Shown here: piece by piece, positions 16,874 through 32,720 of the stretch
Numbering within the stretch: the first letter of the stretch is position 1
Layout: each line of letters starts with the position of its first letter
Translations under genes and position numbers: made by a program
Notes under the pieces: generated by a model
Databases searched by the model: none
Told to the model about the DNA's origin: nothing
What the model saw: only the letters and a program-made list of their open reading frames with translations
Source of the DNA: the human T2T-CHM13v2.0 reference genome, Homo sapiens
DNA length: 64,000 nucleotides
NCBI RefSeq assembly: GCF_009914755.1
Contig: NC_060942.1
Reading direction: 5' to 3' (one strand)

Positions 16874-17318
16874 TTATAATATTTTTTCTGTTTTGTGGAA
16901 GTTTCTTAGAGAAGCTTCAGCAATTATTCAATGAGGAAAAAAACAAATTTTAGTAAGACTTTTTTCGTTTAAGATTGATATACAACTTAGAGGAAGGTCA
17001 AATCATAGATTTTAATGTTTGTAATGGTGCGATGGGACAGGAGTAGTCAAGAAAACCATCTGGGAGGTAGAAAGAGTGGAAAAGCCTGGAGAAGGTTGTT
17101 GGAATCTTAGCTCTGAACTTGACTTTATTGGGAAGTTGCATCAGGGACTTTGTGGGAGAGGAATTCATTGAGGTGGTAGGTACTACATGGAAGATTGTTA
17201 GAGGAAGGAAGTACAAAAAAAAATTTCCAGGAGGCATTGATAAAACATGTTTCTACTTAAAAAATTTTCATACCATTTTTTCTTTACTTAAACTATTCAA
17301 AATGTTGTAGTGTTATGA

Positions 17319-17603
<285 letters not shown>

Positions 17604-20258
17604 TAACTTCATTTAGTAACATGGCTTTGGCATATCTTAGAAAATAATTTTTGAGAAATGACCCTTGAAAAATAAACTTTTGATTTTCATTTAGGTTTAT
17701 CCAACATGGTTTGAGTTTTTCAAGTACTTGGCATTTTGGAAAAGTATATTATTCTTACCATTCAAATATTTTTAAATTCTTCCGACTGAATTAAGTGACT
17801 TTAGTTTCTGAAATTAGGGCAAACCAACTGTATATAATCTGTCTTACTTTTTGGTAGTCTTTCTGTTGAAAGATTGAGCACTAGCTAATGTCCTAAGGAG
17901 GGAAAAAAGTAATTTAGGTACAATTAAGATGTCTGTAATTGTGATGTATCATTTGTTTTAAAATTAGGTTCTGATTTTAGTAAGGTTAAGCGATTGTAAA
18001 GATTTAAGAAAATGTTTCAGAATACGTATGATGGTGTTGCAGAAGTACTGAAATTTTTCTGAGACCCAAGCTCAAACACACTTTCCTTACTGACACTTAA
18101 TAAAGTATAAGTTACTTCTTCAGTTAACAGAAGATGATCCTATTAAAAAAACCAATCCCAATTCATGAATTGGTTACTTATCTTTAGTTTTGTAGAGTCT
18201 AGCCACTGTTTGGTCTGTGGTATTTGTGTCATGTGGTATAATTAGCACTAGTTTGTCTCTAGTAATGGATAAATCAAACCTAGAGACAATCTCAATATTT
18301 CATCTCAATCACTACTTAAAATTCTAGTTCCATCTAAATATTCATTAGAGTTATTAATGAATAGGCACAAATACTTTTAATTTTAGTCTCTCCTTGATTT
18401 TCATTTTTTTAAATGGTTAGACATGTGAATAAATAGTAAAGGGGTTGAAAGGCTCATCTGCAGACTTGAAAATTAACCATGAGTTCGTGCGTGCTGATGA
18501 TACATGAAATACTGTAGGCAGTTCCACTGACCCACATCCTCCAGTAGTTCGCAGTAATGTCACCCTTTGATCATTATTTCTTCCCTCAAGATATAAATGT
18601 TTTATCAGCTATGTTGTATTGTATATTTCAACAACTGGAACTGTGAAATCATTCTACATTTTTCCTCTGTGCTTTCAGTAGCAAACCCTAAAGTTTGTGA
18701 AGAAATCACAGCTGAAAGCATTGGCCATACCTTCAGTTACTTCCAAGGAATCTTGTAGCTGTCTCTAGGAATTCAGTGTTCATAGCACATTTTCTGACAT
18801 GATATGTAATTTGATTTTGAGCAAATTTATAAAACAATATGTTTAAGAGCATGCATGCATGTGGTGTAACTCCCAGATATATTCTTTTTCTTGATGGTAT
18901 CCCCTAGAAGTAAAAATTTGGAAAAATAATTATATAACTTGAAAATTAAAGAAAAATAAGTGGTACAGTAACAGTTATGAATGGCTTTTGTAAGTGGTCG
19001 TGGTCCATTATGTGATTTTTACAATCTTGTTTGTCCCTGTTTTAATAGCGTATTTTATAGCGCAATTAGTGATAAAAGCACCAGATATCAGAGACACTAC
19101 ACTTATGTATTGTAAAATATATTGCTTGTGAACCTCCTTAGTCTTGTAGCAGTGGTAATTGTTGCCTGGCCTACAAGGAAAACAATTATAGAAGGGAGGA
19201 AAAAGGCTTAGGAAGCTGAAGCTGCAGGAGGATAATCACTTTATAAAAAATGTATGTTGGCTGGACCATTAGGGATTTCTCTAACTATTTTCTCATGTTG
19301 AGTTTGAGGTTCCTTCTGAAGAGAATATTTAAAGAGCTGTCCTCTGGATAGCTTTCTAACCTCAGGAGAAATAAACCCACCCAAAGTAAAAAACAAACAA
19401 CTAAGAGCTTCTCAATGGTACAGGTCTTACTCTAGGATATTGGATCTAATTTTTTACATGAGTCTTTCAATGGAAAGCGAAGCCTGTATTGGGATACTCT
19501 ATAGAAAGTGCTGCTTTTTGTCTTGGTAACATAGTGTTAGCAATCAGGGCTATATGGAAGTAACAGATATTTTATTTTGCTAATTATGTTAATTATACTG
19601 GACATTGAAAACTTCACAAAGATGGAGAATTTACTATCCTGTGATTTTTTTCTCACAGTAGAAGATCAAGAGGGTATTAAGTAAAATACTTTATTACTGT
19701 GAAGGAGTCTTTTGTAAGATTGTGTATATTTGAAACCCTTTGCATTTCTCTTATGACATGTATTTTTTTCTTTATATTATGATAACTTATATATTTATCT
19801 AATTCTCCCTACTGAAATTCAGTCTTTTTGAGAGCAGGGATTTTTGACTTATTTATCTCTGTGCTTTTCCATGACATCTAGCAGCAGCTGCTGTGCAATA
19901 ACTATGTGTTGAATTGGATGATGTGGAACAGAAAGTGCAGAGAGCCTTTTCTTTCGCTGTTTTGCCCTTGTCTTTGCCATTCCCTCATAACTGATTGTCT
20001 TAAGACCCCTGCATTGCAGCCTCAAGGCTGTGTTCATGAACCTTTAGATGTGGAGCATTCATTAGTAACTTGCATTCTTCCTTTGCAAAAGGAAGTTTTG
20101 CTCAGTTTTGCATTCTTCCTTTGGTTTTGGTGAGTGAAGTTGTGTAGATATAACTCATTCTCCTTCCTTGCCTTCTCTGTATTATCAGTGTTCTAACCCA
20201 TCCTGGACTTATCTCAGCTTTATCCTTTCCTTTATTCCCGTTCCTTTTGACTGTAGAC

Positions 20259-20482
20259 CATGATAACTCATTTGTGACAGATTGACATTTTGGGATGGGT
20301 AATTCTTTCTTGTTGGAGGACTGGAGTCTATATAGTAGGATGCTGAGCATCATTTCTGTCTTCTACCTACATCACATCATGCTGGTAGTAGCCTCCTCTT
20401 TCCAGTTGTGACAATCAGATGTCTTTAGACGTTGTCAAATTTCCCTTAAGAGGCAAAAATTGCCCCCGGTTTAAAACCACTG
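20259..20482 (+). mobile_element. MER20 (hAT-Charlie MITE)
   Basis: attgacattttgggatgggtaattctt...ccagttgtgacaatcagatgtctttagacgttgtcaaat...ggtttaaaaccactg. Confidence 0.8.
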
Positions 20483-21637
20483 CTTTTGAAAAAAAAAAAA
20501 AAAAAGCTTGAAATAGCAGGAATCCTGCATCCTCTATCCTATCCCTCTTTTCCCTTCCCTACCCTTGTTTTTTAATCTCACTCTTCCTCAGGACAGTGAA
20601 GCCATTACCAACCCTTAGCCCCTCCACCCATTTTGGCAGAGTTAGTTCTTACATTCTTTTTATGCTGACATTTTTTTTGTTCATACGTTTCCCAAAACAC
20701 TTTTCCCTTTGTATGGGGTATTTTTTGTTCTTTATATTTGTCTTCCCTACTAGATTTTAAACTTCTTCAGGACAGCAGTTCAGTTTTTCATCTTTTTATT
20801 TCCAATACTCAATGTAGTATAACTATATTGCATTGTAGTATAACTACACATAGAGTATGGTACATACTAGTGAAAAATGATAATTGCTCAAGCAATTTAG
20901 TAGGAAGTTAGTTTGAGGTGTCAATTAGAATTGTGTCATAGAAGAACTTGAATGCAAAGCTGAGGATGTAATTTAATGGGTGCTGACATGATGCTGAATA
21001 CTTTTAAAAGGATACTTTTGATTGCTTAAGAAATATTTTGTCATATCTAACATTTTAATGTAAGACACTTACAAATATTGATTTGGGAAATGAATTGTGA
21101 GGTTACTGGAATGATAAAGTGAGAGGTCATGGGGACTGGAAATAGGATTAGGCCCTGGAAATGTGGAAAAGGGGATGGTTAGGAAGCTGTTGCATAAGTT
21201 GAATAAATAGGACTTCACTCTGGTCTTGAAGAGTTTGATGTTCAAGATTATTTCAGAAACCAAAACCCGGCTGAGGGGAGAATGGCAGTGCTATTAACAA
21301 GAATGTACAGGCCATGGAATAGGCTTTGAGGATGATTGTAATAGGAGACGTGCATCTTATTGGTAGTGTTAGGAGTTGGGGTGTGTGCAAGTCAGCAAAA
21401 TACCTTTGAGAAATAAGTGACATGATGGTGAGATAAAATGGAGATGGTATTATTTTTTTCCTAAATAGATGCTGGAGTGTAGAGCCTGACTTAGACTGCA
21501 GTTCACATTTTTGGGTGCCTGCTGTCATTTGATTTTTTTCAGATATGCTCTTTTCCTGAATTGTCACTGCAAATAGGTGAGGTAGTTCTTATTGTCCCCA
21601 ATTAGCAACTGATGCACCTAAAGACAGTTGGATGGAA

Positions 21638-21853
21638 CAAAGATTGACAAACTCTTTCTATAAAGGGCTAGATAGTAAATATTTTAGGCTTTGTGGACTG
21701 CCTCTTTCACAGTGACTTAACTTTGCTTTATAGTGTGAAAGCAGGCATAGACAATATGTGAACAAATGAGCATGACTGCTTTCCAATAAAACTATTTACA
21801 GAAGCAGGTGGTGAGTTGGATTTGGCCCATGGGTCATAGTTTGCCGACCCCTA
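21638..21853 (+). mobile_element. MER58A (hAT-Charlie MITE)
   Basis: caaactctttctataaagggctagatagtaaatattttaggctttg...catagtttgccgacccct. Confidence 0.85.
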
Positions 21854-24251
21854 CATCAGAAGATAGCATTGTTAATATCAACTACATCAGAAGATAGCAT
21901 TGTTAATATCACGATCGTAAGTACAGTTCTCTGGTGGAATGGCTTTTGCTTTATTTTTATAAAAGCAGTTCAAAAGAGTGGTTAAGAGCCTGGGTTCTGG
22001 TGACAGGCATGTCTGTATTCAAATTATGTTTCTATAACTTGCTAGCCGTGGGTGACCTTGGGCAGGTAAACTCCAGTGGTGTCCTGTCATCTTTAAAACA
22101 AACTTTAAAACAAAATTCAAAATTCAGAGTTGCCTCTGAAACTCTATGTGATCAGACATGTGCTTCCCTCATTTAATTTTATTCTTCAATCCTTGATTAT
22201 TCCAGTTCTAGCCAACTGACTCTTTTTAAAAATATGACTATTTGTTGAATGGATTAATGAATGAGAAAAATGAATGAATTATACTTAGTACATTTTGACA
22301 ACTGGTAATGCATTGCAAAATCTTGGTATAGAATTACAAGATAGAAATTGAGAGTTGTTTGTAAAGTTTTCCTTTAAGAAATTCTTTTTAAGCCACATCT
22401 TCGTATGATATTATTGAGAGACAGAGTATGGAAATGGAAGAAATTTGAAGACAGAATGCCTGTTTAGATATCAGGGAGATGAAGATGAGCCAGTGAGAAG
22501 CAGAGAAAGAGAAATCATACAGACGGATTCTAGATCACACATACCGTTGAAAACAAAAGTAAAAGGTCTACAGTTTGTCAGAGAAATGAAATAACATTAA
22601 GAATTGGGGTGTGTAGGTTTAGTAATTAGGAAAGCCATTGGTGATTATTAAGAGAGCTGTTTTGGTAGAGTTGGTTTGGTCAGAAATCAGGGTACAGTGA
22701 GCTGAGTATAAGAAGTGGAGGTAAAGAGTGTGGAAGAAATTAGCTTTTGATGGAAAAAGAGGAGGGTAGTAGCTTCAGTGTCTAGGGATTTAAGATCTGG
22801 GTTTATGCTCTGTTTAGGAGATCACTGAGCATTTATGTTGGTGGGAGGATAACAGGTGGGACAATGCAGGAGGACATGGTGTTAAGAACAGAGCTGGAGA
22901 GTTTACCCTTACTAGAAATTGTTTCTTTGTAATTGGTAATGATTAAAGAGAGGAAGATGAATGTACCAAGTCATTTTCAGTGGAAGAGAATGAAAGTAGG
23001 CTGTGATTTCTGTTAAAAGGAAGGAAGAGATGCTTATAATTCTTTGGAGGTAGAGCCATCTTTTTTTCTCTTTTTTCTTTTTTTAAATCCCAACACCACC
23101 CAGCATAAGCAGTTCAGTGGATTAGGAGTTAGAAGATTTGTAAAATATAGATAACCAGTCATTTATAGATTGCACATGATGATATTTGGCGAATGCATAC
23201 ATGCATATATTTAGAAGATGGGCTGAGCATATCCGGTGATGTTTCTGACATGTTTTTCTCATAAAGCATTTGCTACATACATGGTTCTTCATAAAGAGAT
23301 CTTGGGCTAAAGGGATTTTATTAGTGAAGCTAGAAAACCATTACTGCCGTGAAATTAATTTCTTCATCCTACTGTGTGTAATTTTCTGTTCTGCAGCTTT
23401 ACATCTTGAGCATTGTTGTGCCAATCAGAATCACCTTATTTATAGGGGAAAATGATGAGGTTGAGGAAGTGGAAAAATGACCAGGATGATTTATCTTTTA
23501 CCTTACATTTCTCTCATGTTGTCTAATTAGTCAAAAGTCTGAAAAAAAATGAATGTGCTATATTTGCAAAGGTCAGTAGCTTTGTATTCTGTGTAACGAG
23601 GCAAGAGAATGGAATTTAGAAGTCAAATATAACCTACTAAGAACATAGTCTGTGTTCTTTGCTTGCAAAATTCACTCTAAAAAAATTTGTACTGATTGAA
23701 TAGACTTTATGATTCACTGTGAAAAGGGCACTGTAAGGTACAGACAGGGACAAGCCAAATGACATTGTGTACGGGATACCAGGCCTTGTTTAGTGAACTG
23801 TTTTTGTCCTTAGAAGAATTCTTATGATATGTATGACCTTTGAAGAATCAATTAAATTTGTTTAACATTCTGTCCCAAAACTTTAATGAATATTTTAATA
23901 GAAAATATGAGTATGTTGATAATATATTATTATATATTCATAAGTATGTAAGTTTTGTTTGTCCTCTGTGGTTATTGGGACAAAATTTTAAATTACGCCA
24001 ATTGTTGTCTAGTCCCTAATAAATAAAGGAGCCTTAGCTAAGCTGTCCAGTCTTAAGAAAACAAAGGAGTAAATGCCTGTGACTGTAAGAGGGGAAATAC
24101 ATTTTCTCAGTCAAATAAAGGAAACGTTTGTCCCCTTCCATTCTGGAGAGATACTAGAAGTAATATTAGTCCAGTAATAAAATAATCATGATCTTCTAAC
24201 ATGCTTCTTATTAGCTTTGGTGATTATATGATATAGAGATATTTAAAACTT

Positions 24252-24542
24252 GGCCAGGCACGGTGGCTCATGCCTGTAATCCTAGCACATTGGGAGGCCG
24301 AGGTAGGCGGATCGTTTGAATCAGGAGTTGGAGACCAGCCTGGGCAATGGTGAAACCCTGCCTCTACAAAAATTAGCCAGGCTTAGTGGCACACACCTGT
24401 GGTCTCAGCTGCTCTAGGGGCTGGGGTGGGAGGATTGCTTGAGCCCAGGAGGTTGAGGCTGCATTGAGCTGAGATCATGCCACAGGACTGTAGCCTGGGT
24501 GACAGAGCGAGACCCTGTCTCAAACAAAAACAAACAAACAAA
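24252..24542 (+). mobile_element. AluJ (Jb-like)
   Basis: Dimer with ggaggattgcttgagcccaggaggttgaggctgc and a (CAAA)n tail. Confidence 0.9.
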
Positions 24543-25049
24543 TTATTTTCAGTCTCTCACATGATAACAGAGATGATACTCTGAAAGAATAATGTTTGGG
24601 TATCATAATAGTTACACTCATAATTTTGATTGCTTTCTGAATCCTGGCACTTATAAGCTAAGAATAGCAATCAGGAAATTTCGCCTCCATGATTTGGCAT
24701 ATTAAAATATGGACTTTGTGGATTCTCTGAAATGTCCAGATCATTTAGATAGCATAAAATCCTTTTTTTTTTTTTTTTTTTTTTTGCAAAATGTGTTGTT
24801 TAACTTTTTGAATAGGAAACATTATGATTCCTATCTTTTAATTAAGATGTATTGAATGTTAACTCTTTTTTGGTAACTCAGTGCAAACATTGGTTATAAT
24901 AATGCGTTCTAGATTTATCTGTTGATAAAATATTATCCACATTTACTTCCTTTCCAAGTTTCCTAGACTGCTGGATTTTTTTTTTCTAAATTGCTTCTTT
25001 ATAAACCTTTTATCTCTTTGCTCTTCTCTTGACTATTATGGCCACTGCT

Positions 25050-26960
25050 AATCCCTGCTACTCTATCTCTGTTTTTCTCTGAAAACTGATATAGTAGTGT
25101 TTAGATCTACCATCTTAACGTTTGAGTTCCATTTCACTGTTTTTATGTTTATTTCTATTTTTTCTTGGCCTCTTTCAGATTCAGCAAATATATTTAAATT
25201 TTACTTTCCCCTTCTTATACTTGTTAGCTATAGATTCTGTTAGTATTCTTTTAGTTTTTGCCCTAGAGATTGTAAGTACATCTTTGACTTATTACAGTCT
25301 AAAACAAATTATTCCTATTAGAATTTCTCTGCTGGTGCTAGAGCCTTAGAACACTACAACTCCATTTGCCCCCCCTTCTTTTTACATTTTAGTTGCCATG
25401 CATTGTAACTTTACATATACTTTAAATTCCACTAGACATTATTATTGTTTTGTTCAGTCAATATTATTTAATATTCTTATATTTAAACTCTGTTCTTTTT
25501 GTACTTTACATTTTTATGTTTTCATCTAAGATCATTTTCTTCCTCGAAAGAACTACTCATTTCTTTTAGTACAAGTTTATTGGCATTGAATTTTCTCAGT
25601 TTTTGATTGTCTGAAAATGTTCTCTGTTTTTGAAGGATATGTTTGCTGATTATAGATTTTTAGGTTGGTGGTCTTTTGCACTGTAAAGATTTCATTATCT
25701 TCTCATTTCCATCTTTTTTTGGGGGGGGGAATAAGCTATCATTCTTATTGTTATTCCTTTGGATCCCCCCATTGCTATTAAGGTTTTCTATTTTTCCCTT
25801 GTTTTTTAGCAGTTTAAATATGACATACCTAGATGTGATTTTTTTTTTTTTTTGTATTTATACTGCTTGGAGTTGCCAGAGCTTTTTGAATCTGTAGGTT
25901 TGTGTCTTTCACTAGTGCAGGAAAATTCTTGAGGCCATTATCTTTTCAGATGCTATTTTCTTACCTCTCTTTCAGAAACTCCAATAACATGTAAATTAGA
26001 CTGCCTCCTTTGCCCGTTTTTAAAAAATTGTTTTTCGTAGGTTTCATGTTCTTCTCTCTATTTTGTAATCTTTGTCTCCCTCTGTGTTTCAATGTATATA
26101 TTTTCTGTGTTCCATAGTACTGTTTTCTGCTGTTTTTCCACAAACTCCTTTACTGAGTTATACTTTTAATTATTATTACTGTCTTTATTTCTAGGCTACC
26201 TACTTGATCCTTTTTTAAAAATTGATTTCAGTTATCTGCTGAAATTCTTTATCTTTTTATCTTCTTTTCCATCATTTTCTATATTTTCTTGAACATATTA
26301 ATCCTAATTTTCTTAAAATCTTTATCTGCCAACTCTAATATCTGTATCACTGGTGACTCTCTTTTAATTGCCTCTAATTTCAGTTATATGCTGTAATCTC
26401 TTGGCATGTGTAGTAATTTTTTGTTAAATACCAGACATTGTAGGTAAAAAAAGTAGCTTGTTCAAATGATATCCTCTTCTAGAGGGGGCTCACCCTTTCT
26501 CTGCTGTTCAGATAGAATAAAGGCTGACCAACTTAATATAATCAGGGACTAACCTGAGTCAAGGCTAGGTTGCAGTATTTTAAATCTCTGCCTATCTGTG
26601 ATTCTGCTTCTACTTCTCTAGTCCTTCCAGGGCTTCCAACAGAGAGCCCAGAATATTTAACGGGGTTCTTTTGCTTGTTGAGTCCTGAATCCTACTTCTT
26701 ATCTTCTTAGCATGAGAACCCTGCCAAAAACTCCATTTTGCTTTCTAGAGACATTCTTAGTCTCCCCACACAGCTTCAGTATTTGGCATTTAACATGAAT
26801 GGCCCTGTGTCAGCTTCTGTTTTCTTTCCCTCCCTTCTCTCTAGGATCTTGGTCCCTTGAATATTCAATTTTCTCTTTAGCCCCACAAGACTTTCAAAAG
26901 CTCTGTTGCTTTCTGTATTCCCAGTGATGGTCCTACTGCTTGCTTGATCTCTGCTTTATC
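25050..26960 (-). mobile_element. Old L1M (ME-like) 5'/ORF1 region
   Basis: Strongly T-rich antisense L1 motifs (ttttgaaggatatgtttgctgattatagatttttaggttgg; ggaaaattcttgaggccattatcttttcaga). Confidence 0.6.
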
Positions 26961-27046
26961 CAAGGTACTTTAAAGCCAACATGTCTAAGATTGAACTCAA
27001 AATCATGTCCCATAGAACATTCCATTTCTCATTATTTTCTACTACC

Positions 27047-27210
27047 TAGTGGTGCAAACTGTGGCCTACAGGTCAATAGGGCCCTTGAGCTATGAATGCT
27101 TTTTATATTTTAAAAATATTATTAAGAATATGTGACATAAAGCTTTGTGGCCCTCAAAGTTTAAAGTATTTGCTATGTGGCTCTTTACAGAAAAAGTTTG
27201 CCAATACTTT
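27047..27210. mobile_element. MER58B-like hAT MITE fragment
   Basis: gcaaactgtggcctacaggtcaa...aaagtatttgctatgtggctctttacagaaaaagtttgccaa. Confidence 0.7.
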
Positions 27211-29932
27211 TTCTGTCCTAGTAACTGTCATCACTGTTTGTCCCATTATCTATATTACAAATCCTAAATGTTATCGAATCATCTTCTCTTGAAAACCAAT
27301 CCAAAATAATCTTTTGTCATTTTTATCTCCTTCTGAAAGCAGTCTTCTCTCTGCCTCTGCCACTCTTCTAGTTTATGATCTTTCCCCCAGATAATACCTT
27401 ATGATTGATCTTTTTGTATTTAATCGGCCCTTCCTGCTCCTACAAATCTGACATCTGCTCCAAGTTCTCCATTAAAATAAAAGTCCACTGTCATAGGACT
27501 CACACACGTAGAAAATTACACTATATGTGGGTTGTGAGTGCATGTGCTCCTTTATGTATAAATGTATGTGTGCATCATGTGTGTATATTTCAGAGAGTTT
27601 GGGATGGATACTTTGAAAATTTCCAACTCAGGGTACCTTTCCACCAACTTTTCTCCAGTTTGAAGGAAATGAGTTTTAGGTTACTATGAATGCAATCTCA
27701 ACCATTACATTACGGAACAAAACTAAATTCTCAAAACTAACTAAATATTTAATTCATATTTGCTAAGTTTCTGGTGATTACAGGATTTTTGGCTCTTTTC
27801 CCTTTTTAAGGATCCTTGAATTAGACATGACTGGATTTATTGTGATGATTGCATAATACCATCAAATAATGACATATACAACAGAACAACTCTTCCTGAA
27901 GCCTAATAAATCCTGTGGTTCTAGTGCCTTATTGACCCTGTGTGTTACATATAATAGGTGTTCAATGGATTTATGAATGGGATTCAGAGTTCATACTAAA
28001 TATAATTCATCATATTCTGAGCCAAGGGGAAGCAGTCTTGTTCTTTGATGGTTTTAAATTCAGAGCAGTTTTGTTTTTCCTTGCAAATACATTAACAAAA
28101 ATACACTATATTAAGAAGAAATATAGATTATTGTGGAATGTAGGTTAGACACAGCTGAGGAGAAATTTCTTTTACTATCTCACATCATAAATCAAATAGT
28201 AGAAAGCTGAGAGAATAGGGAGTGCTAGGTGGATTAAACCCTATGACTTTTCAGCAGCCAGATCTTTCTAGCCCTTGTGTATAATACTTTAACTCTTATT
28301 TGAGAACTCAAAGGTATTGTGAAGTAATTTATAAAAATATACATATTTATGGCAAAATGCTAATAATTTAGTATTTTGGGAGATGAAATAATTTATTCTC
28401 TTCTAATATGTTTGAAAATCTGCTCTTTATGAGATCATATAGAAGTTTTCAAACTTCTTGACTTTTAAAGCCTCTGTTAGAAAATAATTGAATCAGTCAA
28501 GTTCAGTTAAACATTTATTGACTACTAGGTACTGTGTTAGGTCCTGGGGAACCAAATGAATAAGACATATTTACCTTCAGAAAATACACTCAGATAAATA
28601 CAATTGAATAAAGTAGCGGGGTTGGCTGAGACATGCAGAAAGTATTGCGGAAGCCTGTCTCAGCTTGAGGTGATTAGGACTGGCTTCTTGGAGGAGGTGA
28701 CATTCAAGGATGAGTAGATATATTCAGATGATGGAAGCAGATGGGTTGCAGTGTGTTCTGGGAGAACTAGGTGGCCCAAGCAAAGTGGGAAGCAGGAAAT
28801 ACCACGTGCGGGGAGACAGGTGTGGTGGGAAATGAGGCGAGTCCATTAAAGCACCATGTGAAGGTGCTTAAGCTTTATCTTTTATCTCAGTGGCTTTCAA
28901 ACTTTAAAAAAAAATTAGCTTCGTAACCCTACTCTCAAAAGGAATTATATATGAAAGCCAGTATGTAAAACAGATAATAGGTAATAGGGAGGAGAGTTTA
29001 AATTCAAGAGCTATTTGTGAGTTAGATTCGGTGAGACTTCGTGATTGCTTAGGTATGGGTGGTAAGGAAGGTTGGCTCACAGGTTTTCTGATTGGGTGAT
29101 AGAATAGAAAGTAGCTCTATCACGTGTGATATCGAATGTAAAAGCAGGTTTTGTCCGGGATGATGAGGAGTTGCTTTGTTCATGGTGAGTATGAGGTTCT
29201 TATGGGACATCTATGTTGTGATGTCTGCAAGACCTTTAAGAGAGTGAAACTTGAGGCAGGGCTGTGGTGATGAGACATCCAAAAGATGGTTCTTAATACT
29301 GTGGAAGTGGAGGAGATCATTCAGAGCTAGACTCTGGGCTTACTAACCTTAAGGGAGGAGGAAAAGGAAACGATTTAGAGAAGGAGTGGTGTGAGGCATG
29401 TGAGGAGAGCCAGGAGAATGGGCTAACCTGTAAACAGAGGGAATCAAGAGTTTCAGGCAGAGTAGAGAGTAATCACTTGTGTCAAATGCAGTAGATGTTG
29501 GGTATTAGAAGGATCGAAATGTGTTTGTCAATGAAGTCATTAGTATTCTTTTTAAGAACTGTCTTCCCAGGATGTTGGAAGGAGAAGGTTCACTGTGGAG
29601 AGTTAAGGAGTGAAAGGAAAGTGTGGAAATAGAAATAGTAACAAATGTATAATACTTTTGAAATGTGTGTATGAGAAGAGAAGGAAAGAGAGTAGCTAGA
29701 GGGAGATGCAGTTTTGAAGACAGCTGAGAGTATTTGTGGGCTGAGGATGATGATCAAGTAGTGAGAGGAACGTTCTCGATCAGGATAGGGAGGAATTGAT
29801 AATTGATGAAGCTAGGTTTCCAGGGGATGAGAGAGTGGGCGATTTCAAAGGTAAAGGGAAGGAAGGCAGTTGGCCTTGATGTGGAGGAGGAAAACCTTAT
29901 TTCTGAAACTGAAGGGAAAGAGCAGAGGCTGG

Positions 29933-30760
<828 letters not shown>

Positions 30761-31344
30761 TTTGTGCTCCAAGAGGCTGAAGAGCAGATGTGGGGGAGAT
30801 CTGGAACTCTAGAAGGTGTGGCCAGAGTGGGGATATTAGCATTTAAGGTTTCTCAGGTAAGGACAGGACCCAGTGTGCATGGCCATGGGAGTGGCTGGCT
30901 GAGGTTGAGTGGAGTGGAAGTTGTGAAAGTCACTATGGCTTTTAGTATTTGGTGGTGCACTTTCCTGGTCTTTTCTCCTCCCACTGGATAAAGAGCCTTG
31001 TGATAAGAATGCAGTGCCATCTAACAGGCTAATTTGGGAGTAGGGATTAAGTTATGACTTAACAATAGGATTCATACATGCCTTATGAATGTGTTTTGGA
31101 AAATTATAGTTTAAAATATTGTTGATGCAAGTACAAATCCCCAAACTAAATGATGAACCTAATAGGAACTTGCAATTTGAAAGCAAGATAACAGCATTTG
31201 AAAGCCCACACTTACGATGCACAGAATATCAAGGCATCCCTTATGTGACACTGTCCAGTGTTCATATGCAGTAAAATATTTGTACCATTACTCTACGGTT
31301 CATAATAGTGTGACATCTAATTAGAATGCTGAAAGTCTCCAGAA

Positions 31345-31666
31345 CAGCACGCCCCAACCTTTTTGGCACCAGGGACTGGTTTCGTGGAAGACGGTTTTTC
31401 CATGGCCTGGGGTAGATGGTTTCGGGATGAAACTGGCGTTAGAGTCTCATAAGGAACGCACACTGTAAATCCCTTGCATACACAGTTCACAATAGGGTTT
31501 TCACTCCTATGAGAAGCTAATGCCACTGCTGATATGACAGGAGGTGGAGCTCAGGTGGTAATGCTCACTTGCCCGCCGCTCAGCTCCTGCTGTAGGACCC
31601 CGTTCCTAACAAGCCATGAACCTGTGGACCAGTACCAGTTCTTGGCCTGAAGGTTGGGGACCCTTG
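31345..31666 (+). mobile_element. MER1B (hAT-Charlie)
   Basis: ccccaacctttttggcaccagggactggtttcgtggaagac...ggttggggaccc, 8-bp TSD ctccagaa/ttctagaa. Confidence 0.9.
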
Positions 31667-32720
31667 TTCTAGAAAATTAGTCACATGCTAATTTAAGTTT
31701 ATAAATAGCAAAATATAAAAATAGCACTTGTAGCATAATGAGCAAAAGTAACCTTAGTAACTCACTTTACTAAATGACCCTATGCTTAACATTGTGTCAT
31801 TTGCCCTCCTACTTTGAATCCTTTTACATCCCATAAAGAAGCCCCTTGACCTCCAACAACTGCAGACCCTAAGTTGAAAATCACTGACCTATATGGATGT
31901 TGAACTTTCCTAGGACAATGGTTGGCCAGCAAGTGTGTGAGTCAGGGACAATGATTTCAAGGTTTAAACATTTTTTTCCAGTGTGAATCTTGTAAGATGA
32001 CTTATATGACATGGTATTGCAGGCCCTAAAATTAACCTTGAATAGAAATATATTTGTCAGTTATCTCAGGGAGACAGTTTACTGCATTGTCCAAGTATAG
32101 GAAGTATAACTGGTACATAGTGGTTGTGACTGAAATTCTATATGATGCTGTCAGTTGAGTACAACAGGTAAAATATCCAAAGATCTGTTAATGTCTTCCA
32201 CTGATCTCTCTCTTATTTTGTATTAAAATACTTATTTTTCCTAATTACATTCACACCTCAATCACAATCACACTAAGCAGCAATCAGCTCTGGTAAAAGT
32301 GATATTTTCTCAGGCAAATAGATGGGTAGAAAGGACGGGGTAGGAAAAAGGATGGGAATGGTAAAAGGGGAGCAGATTTATCAGCATAGCCCAGGATTTT
32401 AGGTTGTTACAGTGTAATGTTACTTGGTTTTTAGTCTCCTTCACTTCTATTTCAGTAAGTGTAGTACTTGCTATATGCTTGTGCCACCCTTCACCTGGCT
32501 AACTCCTACTCATCTCATGAGCATGAGTTCTGTGACCTCTGTCCCTGCAAAGGCTACCTGAATTTTTCAAGTATAATACAGCCAGATCAGACAGGGGCAG
32601 TTGGGTCTTCCTCTCTGATCCTCTGGCACTTGGATTATATTGCTATCCTAGTACTTATTCTATTGTACTAGTATAAGTAAGCAGGTAGATGTATTTGTTT
32701 CCATCTCTATTTCTCTGTAT

